Source: Macrostomum lignano (Eukaryota). Taken from it: a stretch of 64,000 nucleotides of DNA. Below are positions 21,749 to 34,000 of this stretch, one piece after another (the stretch's first letter is position 1; every line of letters starts with the position of its first letter). The notes under the pieces are model-generated. The model was not told where the DNA came from, made no database searches, and worked only from the letters and a program-made list of their open reading frames with translations. The DNA lies in contig NIVC01000507.1 of the NCBI GenBank assembly GCA_002269645.1, positions 434,001 through 498,000 of the forward strand, written 5' to 3'. The position numbers and the translations under genes are program-made.

Positions 21749-22505
21749 TCAGGCCCGTTTTTTCGGCACTTTAACAATCACATCAAATATTTCCATTGCA
21801 ATGAGGCCCCCGCACTTTTGCCCCCACTCGGCATTCTTGCATTGCTGATTACAATATTTTTTATCTAATTTCATATCTTCAGGTAAGAGTATTTTATTAC
21901 CACAGAAGCATCGGTCGCCGTTTGCTAGACCAAAATATTTGTATGACCACTTCATGCACGCTCTGGCACACGTTTCCTGATTCATCATGGTGAAATTGTT
22001 CGTGGATTCATATTCCAGCAAGATCTCATTACTTCGCCAATAATAGCATCCTTTTGACGGCGCTGAAAAAACGGCAGAGGTCTGCCGAGTTTCCGGCACC
22101 TTAACAATCAAATCAAATATTTCCATTGCAGAGTGGCCCCCGCACTTTTGCCCGAACTCGGCATTCTTGCATTGCTGATTACAATATGTTTTGTCTAATT
22201 TTGCAGGTCCACTTATTTCATTGCCACAGTAGCATCGGTCGCCGTTTGCTAGACCAAAATATTTGTATGACCAATCCATGCACGCTCTGGCACAGGTTTC
22301 CTGATTCATCATTGTGAAATTGTTCGTGGATTTATATTCCAGCAAGTGCTCATAACTTCGCCAATAATAGCATCCTTTTGAAGGCGCTGAAAGAACGGCA
22401 GAAGTGCGACTCGGTGTATTTTTGACAGCTGATGAAGCAAACATGTTTCGTAAAAAACAGCCATTCACTCACCTGGCACTAATGGAAAAACAGCACTAGC
22501 TGGCA
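21749..22505 (-). CDS. Tandem WSC-domain protein (2 WSC), 5' exons not found
   Basis: Two copies of GCY...TMMNQETCARAC..WSYKYFGLANGDRC.CGN...C...C....QKCGG..AMEIF. Exon 22428-21749 and a 33-nt micro-exon 22505-22473 are linked by a 44-nt GT-AG phase-1 intron. Confidence 0.8.
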
Positions 22506-23939
22506 CTGTAAATGCAGAAAGGCGGGAAACATTATGAAAGTGAGGCGCTGCCGGAGTGTGAGAAAGATTAAAAGGGGATCAACACGAGAGAGAGACCTGA
22601 GGTACCTGATGAAGCGCACAGGTGCACAACAGACACAACTACAGGACACGTCAATCAGCGAGTGATCAAAATGTCAATTCATCAAAGACCAAATTAAGAT
22701 ACATCCTATCGCTAAAGTCGCTAAAGAAAGCTTGCTCTGACAATGCACACCGATTTAACCTTAAGTGTAGGGAATGAGTAGCTGCAGTCTGTATTTGGTA
22801 TTGAAGTAGAAACTCTGTTATGGCTTGCAGCAGAGTAGGGGCGTAAATACTCAAAAATAAAGCTCCAAGTCAATGAAAAATTTCCTCAATACTACGAGCG
22901 TAAAAATGGGTTTTCGGTACTTGGCAACCGTTCGATCAAAAAATTTTCCGTTGGCGGTCACATGCGTCGCGGCAAAGAAATTGCTCAATGCTAGGGGCGA
23001 TTAATATTCGAAAAACTGGCTTAGACTTGAACAGACTGAGCTGCTATAGCCAGCGATCTATTGGTTCGAATCGAACTTGCGGATGCGGATATCTTAAGCT
23101 AGCTGACCTGGCTTTCAGGGCTTGATGCTATTTTTCTTTAAGCCTCATTTTTTTGAGAATACTAACAATAGCGACTGTACAGAGTCAAAACCTGCAGGTA
23201 GTTTATTCATTTTTATTCCTTTCTCTGTTGCCACCCCAACTGTTGCCACCCTAATGACTAGCGGATTGCTAGGCATAATTCTTAAGGCATCATTTCTTAC
23301 GAAAATAATAATAAAAACCATGCTAATTTAGAATACAAAGGCTTTACCTCCAAAGACACCTGGAACGGCAGCGAGAAGGATCAGAGCGAGAGTTGAGAAC
23401 AGCATGATTGCTTTTTTGCTCCGAGAATTGGTTTTACTATAGACTTCTCTGTGATCGTCGAAAACTTGATTTGGCAGCCTGGAGCCTTTTTCTTTCTTTT
23501 ATAGAGTTTATTTGAATTTAAATTCTTGAAAGGAAATTTTTGCCTCGTGGCAAATTTTTCAGTCGACTCAATGCTACGAAGATATAGCTTGTAGAACCAA
23601 ATAATTCGAGTGGCTAAAAGTTTTTGCTCCAAATTTGAAAGTTTTTTCATGTTAATTTTTATTGAAAATTGCAATTCAGCTAAAATAAAATTTGAAAGAA
23701 TTTAATCTATCGAAATGAAAACTTGGAATTGCATTTCAACAATTTCAATAATACAAAAAAATTAAACTACGAGCATACACCACCTCAATATTAAACATGA
23801 CCTGCAGTCGGAAGTCGAAAGGCGACGTCTACAGCAAAGCCGGTGTCGTGGTTCCTGATATCCGTGTTGGCGATCGTACAATAAAATGGTTTTTCGTGTT
23901 GGATCTCCAGGCCGGAGATATTTAACTCCGAAGAACAGA

Positions 23940-24490
23940 AACCCTAACACCGGGTACCAGCGGGGAGGCGTCGTCGACTCTCATTTGTGCTGATCACATG
24001 CAGCTGGCGCTGCGGTGTCACGCAGGAAGATCCGGTGGTCCAGAAGGAGTCCAGGAGGGGGGTGGTTGCTATCCCGGTGATGCGTGCTGTTTTCTAGCGG
24101 TCGAGCTGACAGAGTTTTTTGGGCCTGAAAACGTAGTAGAGATCAGGGTTTGGGTCGAGGTAGGTGAGCCTGTCCTGAGGGGAGAGTGATCTCCTTCCCC
24201 CAGACTCGCTCATTGTACAGCTCCATGGCGCAAAAGCTGATGACAAGAACTTCGTTCTGAGAGACGGTAATAAAACAGGTGCCGGTGTGCTGGGAGAAGG
24301 TCTCTATACAGGGTTCTCCCTCCAGACACGACACCGTGGCCGTAGCCAGAGTAGGTGGAGTGGATTTGGGACCCGTCATTGAGGCAGTGGACTTCACGCG
24401 TGGGAGGTTCCAGCTGTCCCTTGCTTCGTGACGCAGTGGAATGCTGGTTTTGAATTTGAGCGGAGGGTATGCAGAGTGTGGACGGAATCA
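23940..24490 (-). mobile_element. Non-LTR RNase H fragment joined to LINE 3' end
   Basis: IHCLNDGSQ...and NEVLVISFCAMELYNERVWG in shifted frames. Paralogous to 28490-29085. Confidence 0.75.
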
Positions 24491-24794
24491 AGAGGGTCAG
24501 CAGGCCTAGCCTCCCGCTGCTTCAAGAGGGTCAGCAGGCCTAGCCTCCCGCTGCTTCAAGAGGGTCAGCAGGCCTAGCCTCCCGCTGCTTCAAGAGGGTC
24601 AGCAGGCCTAGCCTCCCGCTGCTTCAAGAGGGTCAGCAGGCCTAGCCTCCCGCTGCTTCAAGAGGGTCAGCAGGCCTAGCCTCCCGCTGCTTCAAGAGGG
24701 TCAGCAGGCCTAGCCTCCCGCTGCTTCAAGAGGGTCAGCAGGCCTAGCCTCCCGCTGCTTCAAGAGGGTCAGCAGGCCTAGCCTCCCGCTGCTT
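24488..24794. repeat. 34-bp perfect tandem array, 9 copies (TCAAGAGGGTCAGCAGGCCTAGCCTCCCGCTGCT)
   Basis: Direct read, no spacers. Confidence 0.95.
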
Positions 24795-24829
24795 CCAGGT
24801 CTTGCAGGGCGAAAGAAGGACAGGGGACA

Positions 24830-24990
24830 GCCGCGCGGGTTTTCCGGTGGTCGGGGGCGCTAGCGCAGATCCTGGCTCTTCGCCGAGTCATCGAGGAGGC
24901 GCGGATTCGCCAGTCGATCCTGATTCTAATCTTTATTGATTTCAAGAAGGCATTCGACTCGGTTGTCAGAGCCGTGCTTCCAATGGTTAG
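24830..24990 (+). mobile_element. RTE-like LINE reverse transcriptase fragment
   Basis: Manual translation AQILALRRVIEEARIRQSILILIFIDFKKAFDSV. Confidence 0.8.
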
Positions 24991-25580
24991 CCCACCTCTC
25001 CCTGTGCTTTGAAGCTACCTGTGCTTTGAAGCCATTCACTGGTTGTTGAGTGGTGACAACGGCGGTGGGGTGGGGCCACGGGCAGAGAGGACCAGTAGAA
25101 GAACCGGTCGAGCCAGCCTTGGCCAGGCGATCGGCCAACTCGTTTCTGGGGTGGCCCGAGTGCCCGGGATCCACCTTAGGGACACCTTTTTGAAGGCGCC
25201 AAGTGGTTGTGCACTCAAGGTCGAGGATTCGCCGCTTGACTGTCCGAGTGGAGGGTAATCTCCAGCTTCCCCCACACGCACTGATTGTACAGGTCCATGA
25301 CGCAGGAGCTGATGGCGAGAATTTCATTCTGGAAAACGATGGAGCGTAGGTGCCGGTGCGCTGGAAGAAGGTCGTCACAAATCTCCCTCCAGACACGATG
25401 TGCTAGGAGAATGTCGTAGCGAGATCGACGGAGTTGATTTAGACCCGTCAGTGAAGCATAGTAGATTTCACGGGGGTTCCGACTGTCCCTTGCTTCGTGA
25501 CGTGGTGGAATTTTGGATTTGAATTTGAGCAGAGGGCATGCAGAGCGTGGACGGGATTCCGTCCCAGAGGGCATTCAGTC
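24990..25580 (-). mobile_element. Non-LTR RNase H fragment
   Basis: VFQNEILAISSC and (W)IPG/HSGHPRNELADRLAKAG. Confidence 0.8.
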
Positions 25581-25856
25581 GAGGGCTCTCAGGATCTGGA
25601 GGAGCTGCTGCCCATGCAGACTGGCGGTCGGAGGGTTGGAGGGCCTTGCTACTTTAAAAATGACGGAGTCACATTTGATTACAGCATTTTTTACGCATTC
25701 ACTGACGATTTCACTGAGTACTATTTATAACGGTTGAACTTTTGTATTTAGCTGTTAGATATAGGATTAGCAATTTAGGTGAAGTCCAATGTTGTCAGTT
25801 GCTATTCGCGGTTCAGTCCAGATCTGATCAGGCCTGGGTTTCCGGCATCTCAACAA

Positions 25857-26265
25857 TTAATTAAAATATTTCCATTGCAAAAACCAGCCGCTGCACTTTT
25901 GTCCCCACTTGCCATACCTGCATAGCAGATTGCAATTTTCTCTATTTGTTAAAGTTCCATCTATGATTTCATTGCCACTGTAGCATCGGTCGCCGTTTGC
26001 TAGGCCAAAATATTTGTATGACCAATTCATGCACGCTGTAGCACACGTTTTTTGGTTTATGATTGTGGAATACTTAATTATCCTCAACAATCTCGCTTGC
26101 AGCAGGATCTCATCACTTATCCAATTATAGCATCCCTTTGACGGCGCTGAAAGAACAGGAGAAGTGCGACTCGGTGTATTTTGAATAGCTGAGGAAGCAA
26201 ACAGATTTCGTAGAAAAACAGCCATTCACTAACCCGGCACTAATGGAAAGACAGCACTAACTGGC
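25857..26265 (-). pseudogene. WSC-domain paralog (single WSC, frameshifted near end)
   Basis: Homologous to 21749-22505 including the micro-exon region. CATACMNWSYKYFGLANGDRC is present, but the AMEIF motif is out of frame. Confidence 0.7.
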
Positions 26266-27289
26266 ACTGTAAATGCAGAAAAGCAAAAAAAATTATGAAA
26301 GTGATCAGGCACTTTCGCAAGCGTATGAGGAAGATTAAAAAAGTGAACACAAGCGAGTGATCAAACTGCCGCTTGGTATGAATTGTAAAGACCAAATTCT
26401 GAAGTCGCTATGCTTTACAAATGCACACCGATTTAACCTATGCACACCTTTAACACCGTATTTGCATATGGTATTGAAGTGGAAACTCTGTTACTGCATG
26501 TTTGCAGGTTGCAGGAGCGTAAATAAGGCCCCAAGTCAATGGGAAAATTCGTCAATACTACGAGCCACGTACGTAGCGTAAAAACGAGTTGTCGGTACGC
26601 TCGGATCTAGGTAGAAGTAGTAAAGTAGGCACGTGATTGTTGTTTTTAGAAAAAATGGCTCGATCCACTGATTGTCATTAAACTTGCGCCGTTCGATCAA
26701 ACACTTTTTGGTGGCGCCCGGTACATGTGTCGCGGCTACCCTAGAAGACATTGGCTTGTTGGTTCTTAACAGATCTTATCAATCTTCTTGTTGGGTTGCT
26801 GCGCAAGTTGCAAGATCTTCGCTATGATAATACTGAGGTAAACTTACCAGATCTGGGCGACTTGCTACATCGTACAAGATCTTAGCTTTTATATCTTTTT
26901 ATAGCTTCGAATCGCATATTTTATTAAAATTACTGCCCCATTTTGTCATAAAATTAAATATAGTTCAGCTAGAACATTTTAGCCAAATGAATGACAAAAC
27001 ATATATGTACCTCCCATCTTAGAAGATCCTGCAAGAACCGAGCAGATTGAGAAGATCTGCTAAGAATGGCAAAGCAGACAAGATCTGCCAAGTTTGAGAA
27101 ACAGAACGTCATCTAGGCTAATGAAGTGCCGTAACTAAAGGGAATCTTCGAAAAACTATGACGTAAACAGACTGAACGGCTAACGCAGCGACCTATTGGT
27201 TCAAATTTTGATAGTTTAATTTTTTCATTAAAAGCTTTTTAAAGTGAAGAAACTTAAGGGTAGAAAAAACTAAAATAAGACACGTAATG

Positions 27290-27750
27290 TCAAAATACTC
27301 GTATGACTCATAAGGGAATCGCTATGTTTACAAGGCTCATGAGGGATTGGCTTAAGAACCCTAATGACCTTCAGCCGGGTTAGGGTTAGGGTTAAACCAT
27401 AAAAGAATCTCCCTGACGAACAGAAGACTCATGGGAGAAATTGTTTTTATGTCAAATCTTATAAGGGAATTTTTGAGATGTCAAGGCTCGGCTCGGGGCT
27501 GGGGGAATCGCAATAATACTGTTGGTTACGAGCGTACTCTTGGGAGACTTGCTGAGATGTCAAAGCTCACGGCGGGATCGCTGAAATGCTGTGGCTCATT
27601 GGGAGTTGCTGAGATAGCTGAGGGTAAATCATGGAAGTTGTTGATAGGCCAAGCCAATGGTAGATCAAAAGGGAGAGGTTAGTGTTGAGCCATGATTTAA
27701 AGGGAGGCTTTGATGCCAAAGCTCACAGGGGATGCTGATATCAATCTTAG
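27290..27750 (+). repeat. ~30-bp degenerate repeat block with GGGTTA tract, same family as the Helitron interior
   Basis: GAGATGTCAAGGCTC units and GGGTTAGGGTTAGGGTTA at ~27377. Absent from the first duplicate copy. Confidence 0.6.
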
Positions 27751-28489
27751 ACTACTCGTGCATAGCTGGCTTTCATGCAAGGCTTGATGTAGTCTATTCA
27801 TTTTCTAAAATTTCTTTCTCTGTTGCCACCGCAACAATTAGCGCACAGGCATAATTTTTTTACTAAAATACGCATAAAATCAAAATCCGTGCTGCTTAAG
27901 AATACAGTGAGGCTTACCTCCAAAGACACCCGGAACGGCCGCGAGAAGGATCAGCGCGCGATCGAGTTGAGAACAGCATGATTGCGTTTATACTCAAGAG
28001 AATTCGTTTTACTAGACTTCTCTGTGATCGTCGAAAGCTTTTCTCCGCAGCCTCAAGCCTTAATTTCTTTCTTTAAAGTTTGAATGTAAATTCTTTAAAA
28101 AATTTGTGCCACGTGGCAGATTTTAATGTCGATAGTTAAAATTGAAGCAAAAAAAGAAAGTTTGCTCCTAATACGCTCGTATATGAAATTTTTTAAATTC
28201 AATTTAATCAATCGTTTAATCATGGAATTCCTTTACTTTGGGCGTACGCCACCACTACTAAAAGGCCGGGGAAGTTGAAACGGCGATGTCTGCAGCGAAG
28301 CCGGCGGCACAGCTGGCAACCTCGAAGTCGTGTGGCACTCGGTCTGCTGAGGCCGCCCATCGCCCTTTATTCAACTCTCAACAGTAATAACAAGCACTCC
28401 ACAGCTTGTGCCTGTTATTTATCTTGCCGAGCAGATTGGAATCGACCGACTTGACTTACTTGACTTAATCAGCTACCACCCGATTATAC

Positions 28490-29085
28490 AGCGGGCCGGC
28501 GGGAGGCGTCGACGCGCTCATTGCGCTGACCCCTGGCGACAATAGGCAGCTGGTGCTGGTGCAGTGTCGCACAGGGAGATCCGGTGGTCCAGAATGAGTC
28601 CAGGAGGTGAATGGTTAACTGCTCTCCAGGTGAATGCGTGCCATTACACTGGGAGTCCAGCGATCAAGCTGGCAGAGTTTCTCGGACCTGAAAACGTAGG
28701 AGAGATCCGGGTTTAGGCCGAGGTAGGCGAGCCTGTCCTGAGTGTGGAGATCTCCTTCCCCCCAGACTCGCTCATTGTACAGCTCCATGACTCAGAAGCT
28801 GGTGGCGAGAACTTTGTTCTGGAAGACGGTAATTATAAGCAGGCGCCGGTGTGCTGGGAGAAGGTCACCATGCAGGCTCTTCCCCCGGACAATATGCAGT
28901 AGCCGTAGCCGAGTATAGGTGGAGTTGATTTGGGACCCGTCAGTGAAGCAGTGGATTTCACGGGGTTTCCAGCTGTCCCTTGCTTCGTGACGTGCATGAT
29001 GGAATCTTGGTTTTGAATTTACAATAAGCGGAGAGCAGAGTGTGGACGGGATTCCGTCCGAGAGGCTCATCAGGCCTCCCGCTGC
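28490..29085 (-). mobile_element. Non-LTR RNase H fragment joined to LINE 3' end (duplicate of 23940-24490)
   Basis: EIHCFTDGSQ...TVFQNKVLA, with the same junction as the first copy. Confidence 0.78.
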
Positions 29086-30057
29086 TAATCCAGGTCTCAC
29101 AGACACGGCTGAGGTCATCGTTCGGCCGGAGTACATGTACATACTTTTTATAAATTGAAAGTTCATTACATCGTTTATACAGTTCGATAGGGACCAGGCA
29201 AAACCAGCTTCAGTGCATTTGAGTGCATATTGCTTAGACTAAATTTCTCTCGTAAGGTCGTACATGTACATGTACGACATGCGTAAAGTAATGTTGCAGA
29301 TACATGTATAAATTAAGTAGTACTCACACGTACTGGAATCTATATGAAAAACATATACAGCGAATGTACATGTATATATGACGACGTGCAACTGCAACAA
29401 CCAGAAAATTGTTTAGGAGAGGCAGATCGGGGGTGGGGGTCAACGATCCAAATGCGAATGAGACGGGCCTGTTTTGCGATAAGTAGACTACTTTTTCCGG
29501 GTGCCACCAAAAGAGCGAGCGTGCGAGAAATTGCGTATCTATGTGCTTGCTACATTTACGTTACGTAATTCTTTTGGTCATCGGGTCGGAGTACGCATTG
29601 GGTCCGGAGTACGGAGTACGAGTAAAGAGGGAGGAAGTAAGGAGGAAGTGAAGGTTAGTGGAAATTCTAAAAAATATAGGAATTAAATCCGAAGAGTCTT
29701 GGCTTTTTCAAAAGGAGCTATAAAATTTAAGTTCTAGCCGACGTCACGATCAGCCGGTTTAATGTTATACTTCACAAATTTACAGATTTGTCATAGTTTT
29801 GTTTACATATTGTAATAGTAATAGTAATATTAATACTAGCAATCTACGCCCCCCGTTGGGGAGCCAAAGAAATGCAATACACGTTTTTTTAATAAGCTAC
29901 ATGTATCCTTGAAATCTTAAAAAATCTCCTGTCAAACCTTGTAAGCCTTGACATGTCAGTTATCCCCCCCACAAGCTTTAACATATCAACTTCCCCCCTT
30001 GACATCTCAGCAATGCCCCCAATAAGCCTTGGAAATCTAAAAATATCTGTCAACCTT

Positions 30058-30119
30058 CTAACCCTAACCCTAGCCTAACCCTAACCCTAACCCTAACCCT
30101 AACCCTAACCTAACCCTAA
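30058..30119. repeat. Interstitial telomeric repeat (CCCTAA)~10
   Basis: Direct read. A degenerate second tract lies at ~30490-30540. Confidence 0.92.
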
Positions 30120-31024
30120 AGCATTGAAATTTCAGTAATTCTCCCTAAGAGTCATTATAGCACTACTACAGCATTATAGCGATTCCTTGCAAGCCTCGAC
30201 ATCGTAGGGATTCCCAAATGAATCTCTTAACTTCGACATGAAGCTTCTTTTATTTTTTACATTACGCTTTTTTATCAGCGATTCCTCCCCTAAGGAGGCA
30301 TCAAATAATGTAATAAAAAGTTTTCAATAAACTACATGTAGCTTCTGACTTTAGCCTTGAAATCTCATTTATACCCCCGTGAGCCTTGACATCTCAGCTA
30401 TTCCCCCCGTAAGCCTTGACATGTCAGCAATGGCCCCCATAAACCTTGAAATCTAAAAAATCCCCTGTTAACCTTGAAACCCGATAAAATATAACCCTCA
30501 ACCCACACCTGACCTAAACCTAACTTTAACCCAACCTAAAGCCTTGAAATCTCAGCAATTCTTCTCCCCTAAGCCTTAACATTTTAGTGATTCTTTCTTT
30601 AAGAATCACAGCACTATAACGATTTCCACCAAGCTTTGACATCGTAGCAATTCCCAAATGAATCTTTTAACTTCGACATGACTTTTCTTTTATGTATACA
30701 TAGTGCTACTTTTATTTTTTACATGACTTTTCTTCTATCAGCGCCCCCCCCGTGACGAGCCAACAAAGAATGCAATAAAAAAATGGAGTAAAGTACATGA
30801 ACTTTGAAGTAGCTTCTGACTTTTGCTTTGACATCTCAAAACCCCCCCCGTAATCTCAGTTATTCTCTGAGAGCCTTGACGTCTCAGTTTTTCTCCCCAG
30901 CACAGCATTATAGTTGCATTTAATTTTTACATGAACCCTTCATGTCTGACATGACGTTTCTTTTATTCTACCGTGACGCTTCTTAATTTTTTAAATGACA
31001 CTTTTATTAGTTTTTAAATGAGGC

Positions 31025-34000
31025 TTCTATGATTTTTTCTTGACGCTTCTATGATTTTTACATGACGCTTCTATGATTTTTTACATGACGCTTCTATGAT
31101 TGTTTACATGACGCTTCTATGATTTTTTACATGACGCTTCTATGATTTTTTACATGACGCTTCTATGATTTTTTACATGGCGCTTCTATGATTGTTTACA
31201 TGACGCTTCTATGATTGTTTACATGACGCTTCTATGATTTTTACATGACGCTTCTATGATTGTTTACATGACGCTTTATGATTTTTACATGACGCTTTAT
31301 GATTGTTTACATGACGCTTCTACGATTTTTATATGACGCTTCTATGATTTTTTACATGACGCTTCTATGATTTTTTACATGACGCTTCTATGATTGTTTA
31401 CATGACGTTTCTATGATTTTTTACATGACGCTTCTATGATTGTTTACATGACGCTTCTATGATTGTTTACATGACGCTTCTATGATTTTTTACATGACAC
31501 TTCTATGATTGTTTACATGACGCTTCTACGATTTTTATATGACGCTTCTATGATTGTTTACATGACGCTTCTATGATTGTTTACATGACGCTTCTATGAT
31601 TGTTTACATGACGCTTCTATGATTGTTAACATGACGCTTCTATGATTGTTTACATGACGCTTCTATGATTGTTTACATGACGCTTCTATGATTGTTTACA
31701 TGACGCTTCTATGATTGTTGACATGACGCCTCTACGATTTTTACATGACGCTTCTATGATTGTTTACATGACGCTTCTATGATTGTTTACATGACGCTTC
31801 TACGATTGTTTACATGACGCTTCTATGATTGTTTACATGACGCTTCTATGATTGTTTACATGACGCTTCTATGATTGTTTACATGACGCTTCTATGATTT
31901 TTTACATGACGCTTCTATGATTGTTTACATGACGCTTCTATGATTGTTTACATGACGCTTCTATGATTTTTTACATGACGCTTCTATGATTGTTTACATG
32001 ACGCTTTTATGATTTTTTACATGACGCTTCTAAGATTTTTTACATGACGCTTCTACGATTTTTTACATGACGCTTCTATGATTTTTATATGACGTTTCTA
32101 TGATTGTTTACATGACGCTTCTATGATTGTTTACATGACGCTCTACGATTTTTTACATGACGCTTCTATGATTGTTTACATGACGCTTCTAAGATTTTTT
32201 ACATGACGCTTCTATGATTGTTTACATGACGCTTCTATGATTGTTTACATGACGCTTCTATGATTGTTTACATGACGCCTCTACGATTTTTTACATGACG
32301 CTTCTATGATTGTTTACATGACGCTTCTATGATTGTTTACATGACGCTTCTATGATTTTTTACATGACGCTTCTATGATTGTTTACATGACGCTTCTATG
32401 ATTGTTTACATGACGCTTCTATGATTGTTTACATGACGCTCTACGATTTTTACATGACGCTTCTATGATTGTTTACATGACGCTTCTATGATTGTTTACA
32501 TGACGCTTCTATGATTGTTTACATGACGCTTCTACGATTTTTTACATGACGCTTCTATGATTGTTTACATGACGCTTCTATGATTGTTTACATGACGCTT
32601 CTATGATTGTTTACATGACGCTTCTATGATTTTTTACATGACGCTTCTATGATTGTTTACATGACGCTTCTATGATTGTTTACATGACGCTTCTAAGATT
32701 TTTTACATGACGCTTCTATGATTGTTTACATGACGCTTTATGATTTTTACATGACGCTTCTATGATTTTTACATGACGCTTCTACGATTTTTTACATGAC
32801 GCTTCTATGATTTTTATATGACGTTCTATGATTGTTTACATGACGCTTCTATGATTGTTTACATGACGCTTCTACGATTTTTTACATGACGCTTCTATGA
32901 TTGTTTACATGACGCTTCTATGATTGTTTACATGACGCTTCTATGATTGTTTACATGACGCTCTACGATTTTTACATGACGCTTCTATGATTGTTTACAT
33001 GACGCTTCTATGATTTTTTACATGACGCTTCTATGATTGTTTACATGACGCTTCTATGATTTTTACATGACGCTTCTATGATTGTTTACATGACGCTTCT
33101 ATGATTGTTTACATGACGCTTCTATGATTGTTTACATGACGCTTCTACGATTTTTTACATGACGCTTCTATGATTGTTTACATGACGCTTCTATGATTTT
33201 TTACATGACGCTTCTATGATTGTTTACATGACGCTTCTATGATTTTTTACATGACGCTTCTATGATTGTTTACATGACGCTTCTATGATTGTTTACATGA
33301 CGCTTCTATGATTTTTTACATGACGCTTCTATGATTGTTTACATGACGCTTCTATGATTTTTTACATGACGCTTCTAAGATTTTTTACATGACGCTTCTA
33401 CGATTTTTTACATGACGCTTCTATGATTGTTTACATGACGCTTCTATGATTTTTTACATGACGCTTCTATGATTGTTTACATGACGCTTCTATGATTTTT
33501 TACATGACGCTTCTATGATTGTTTACATGACGCTTCTATGATTGTTTACATGACGCTTCTACGATTTTTTACATGACGCTTCTATGATTGTTTACATGAC
33601 GCTTCTATGATTGTTTACATGACGCTTCTACGATTGTTTACATGACGCTTCTATGATTGTTTACATGACGCTTCTATGATTGTTTACATGACGCTTCTAT
33701 GATTGTTTACATGACGCTTCTATGATTTTTACATGACGCTTCTATGATTGTTTACATGACGCTTCTATGATTGTTTACATGACGCTTCTAAGATTTTTTA
33801 CATGACGCTTCTATGATTGTTTACATGACGCTTTATGATTTTTACATGACGCTTCTATGATCTTTACATGACGCTTCTATGATTTTTTACATGACGCTTC
33901 TATGATTTTTATATGACGCTTCTATGATTGTTTACATGACGCTTCTATGATTGTTTACATGACGCTTCTATGATTTTTTACATGACGCTTCTATGATTGT

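Noticed and set aside
26750-27090. Possible foldback MITE (AGATCT-rich imperfect inverted arms)
   Set aside because: The arms are too degenerate to define termini or a TSD. Noted only as an insertion in duplicate copy 2.
30058-30119. True chromosome end
   Set aside because: Only ~10 units, internal to a dispersed element, with genes on both sides.
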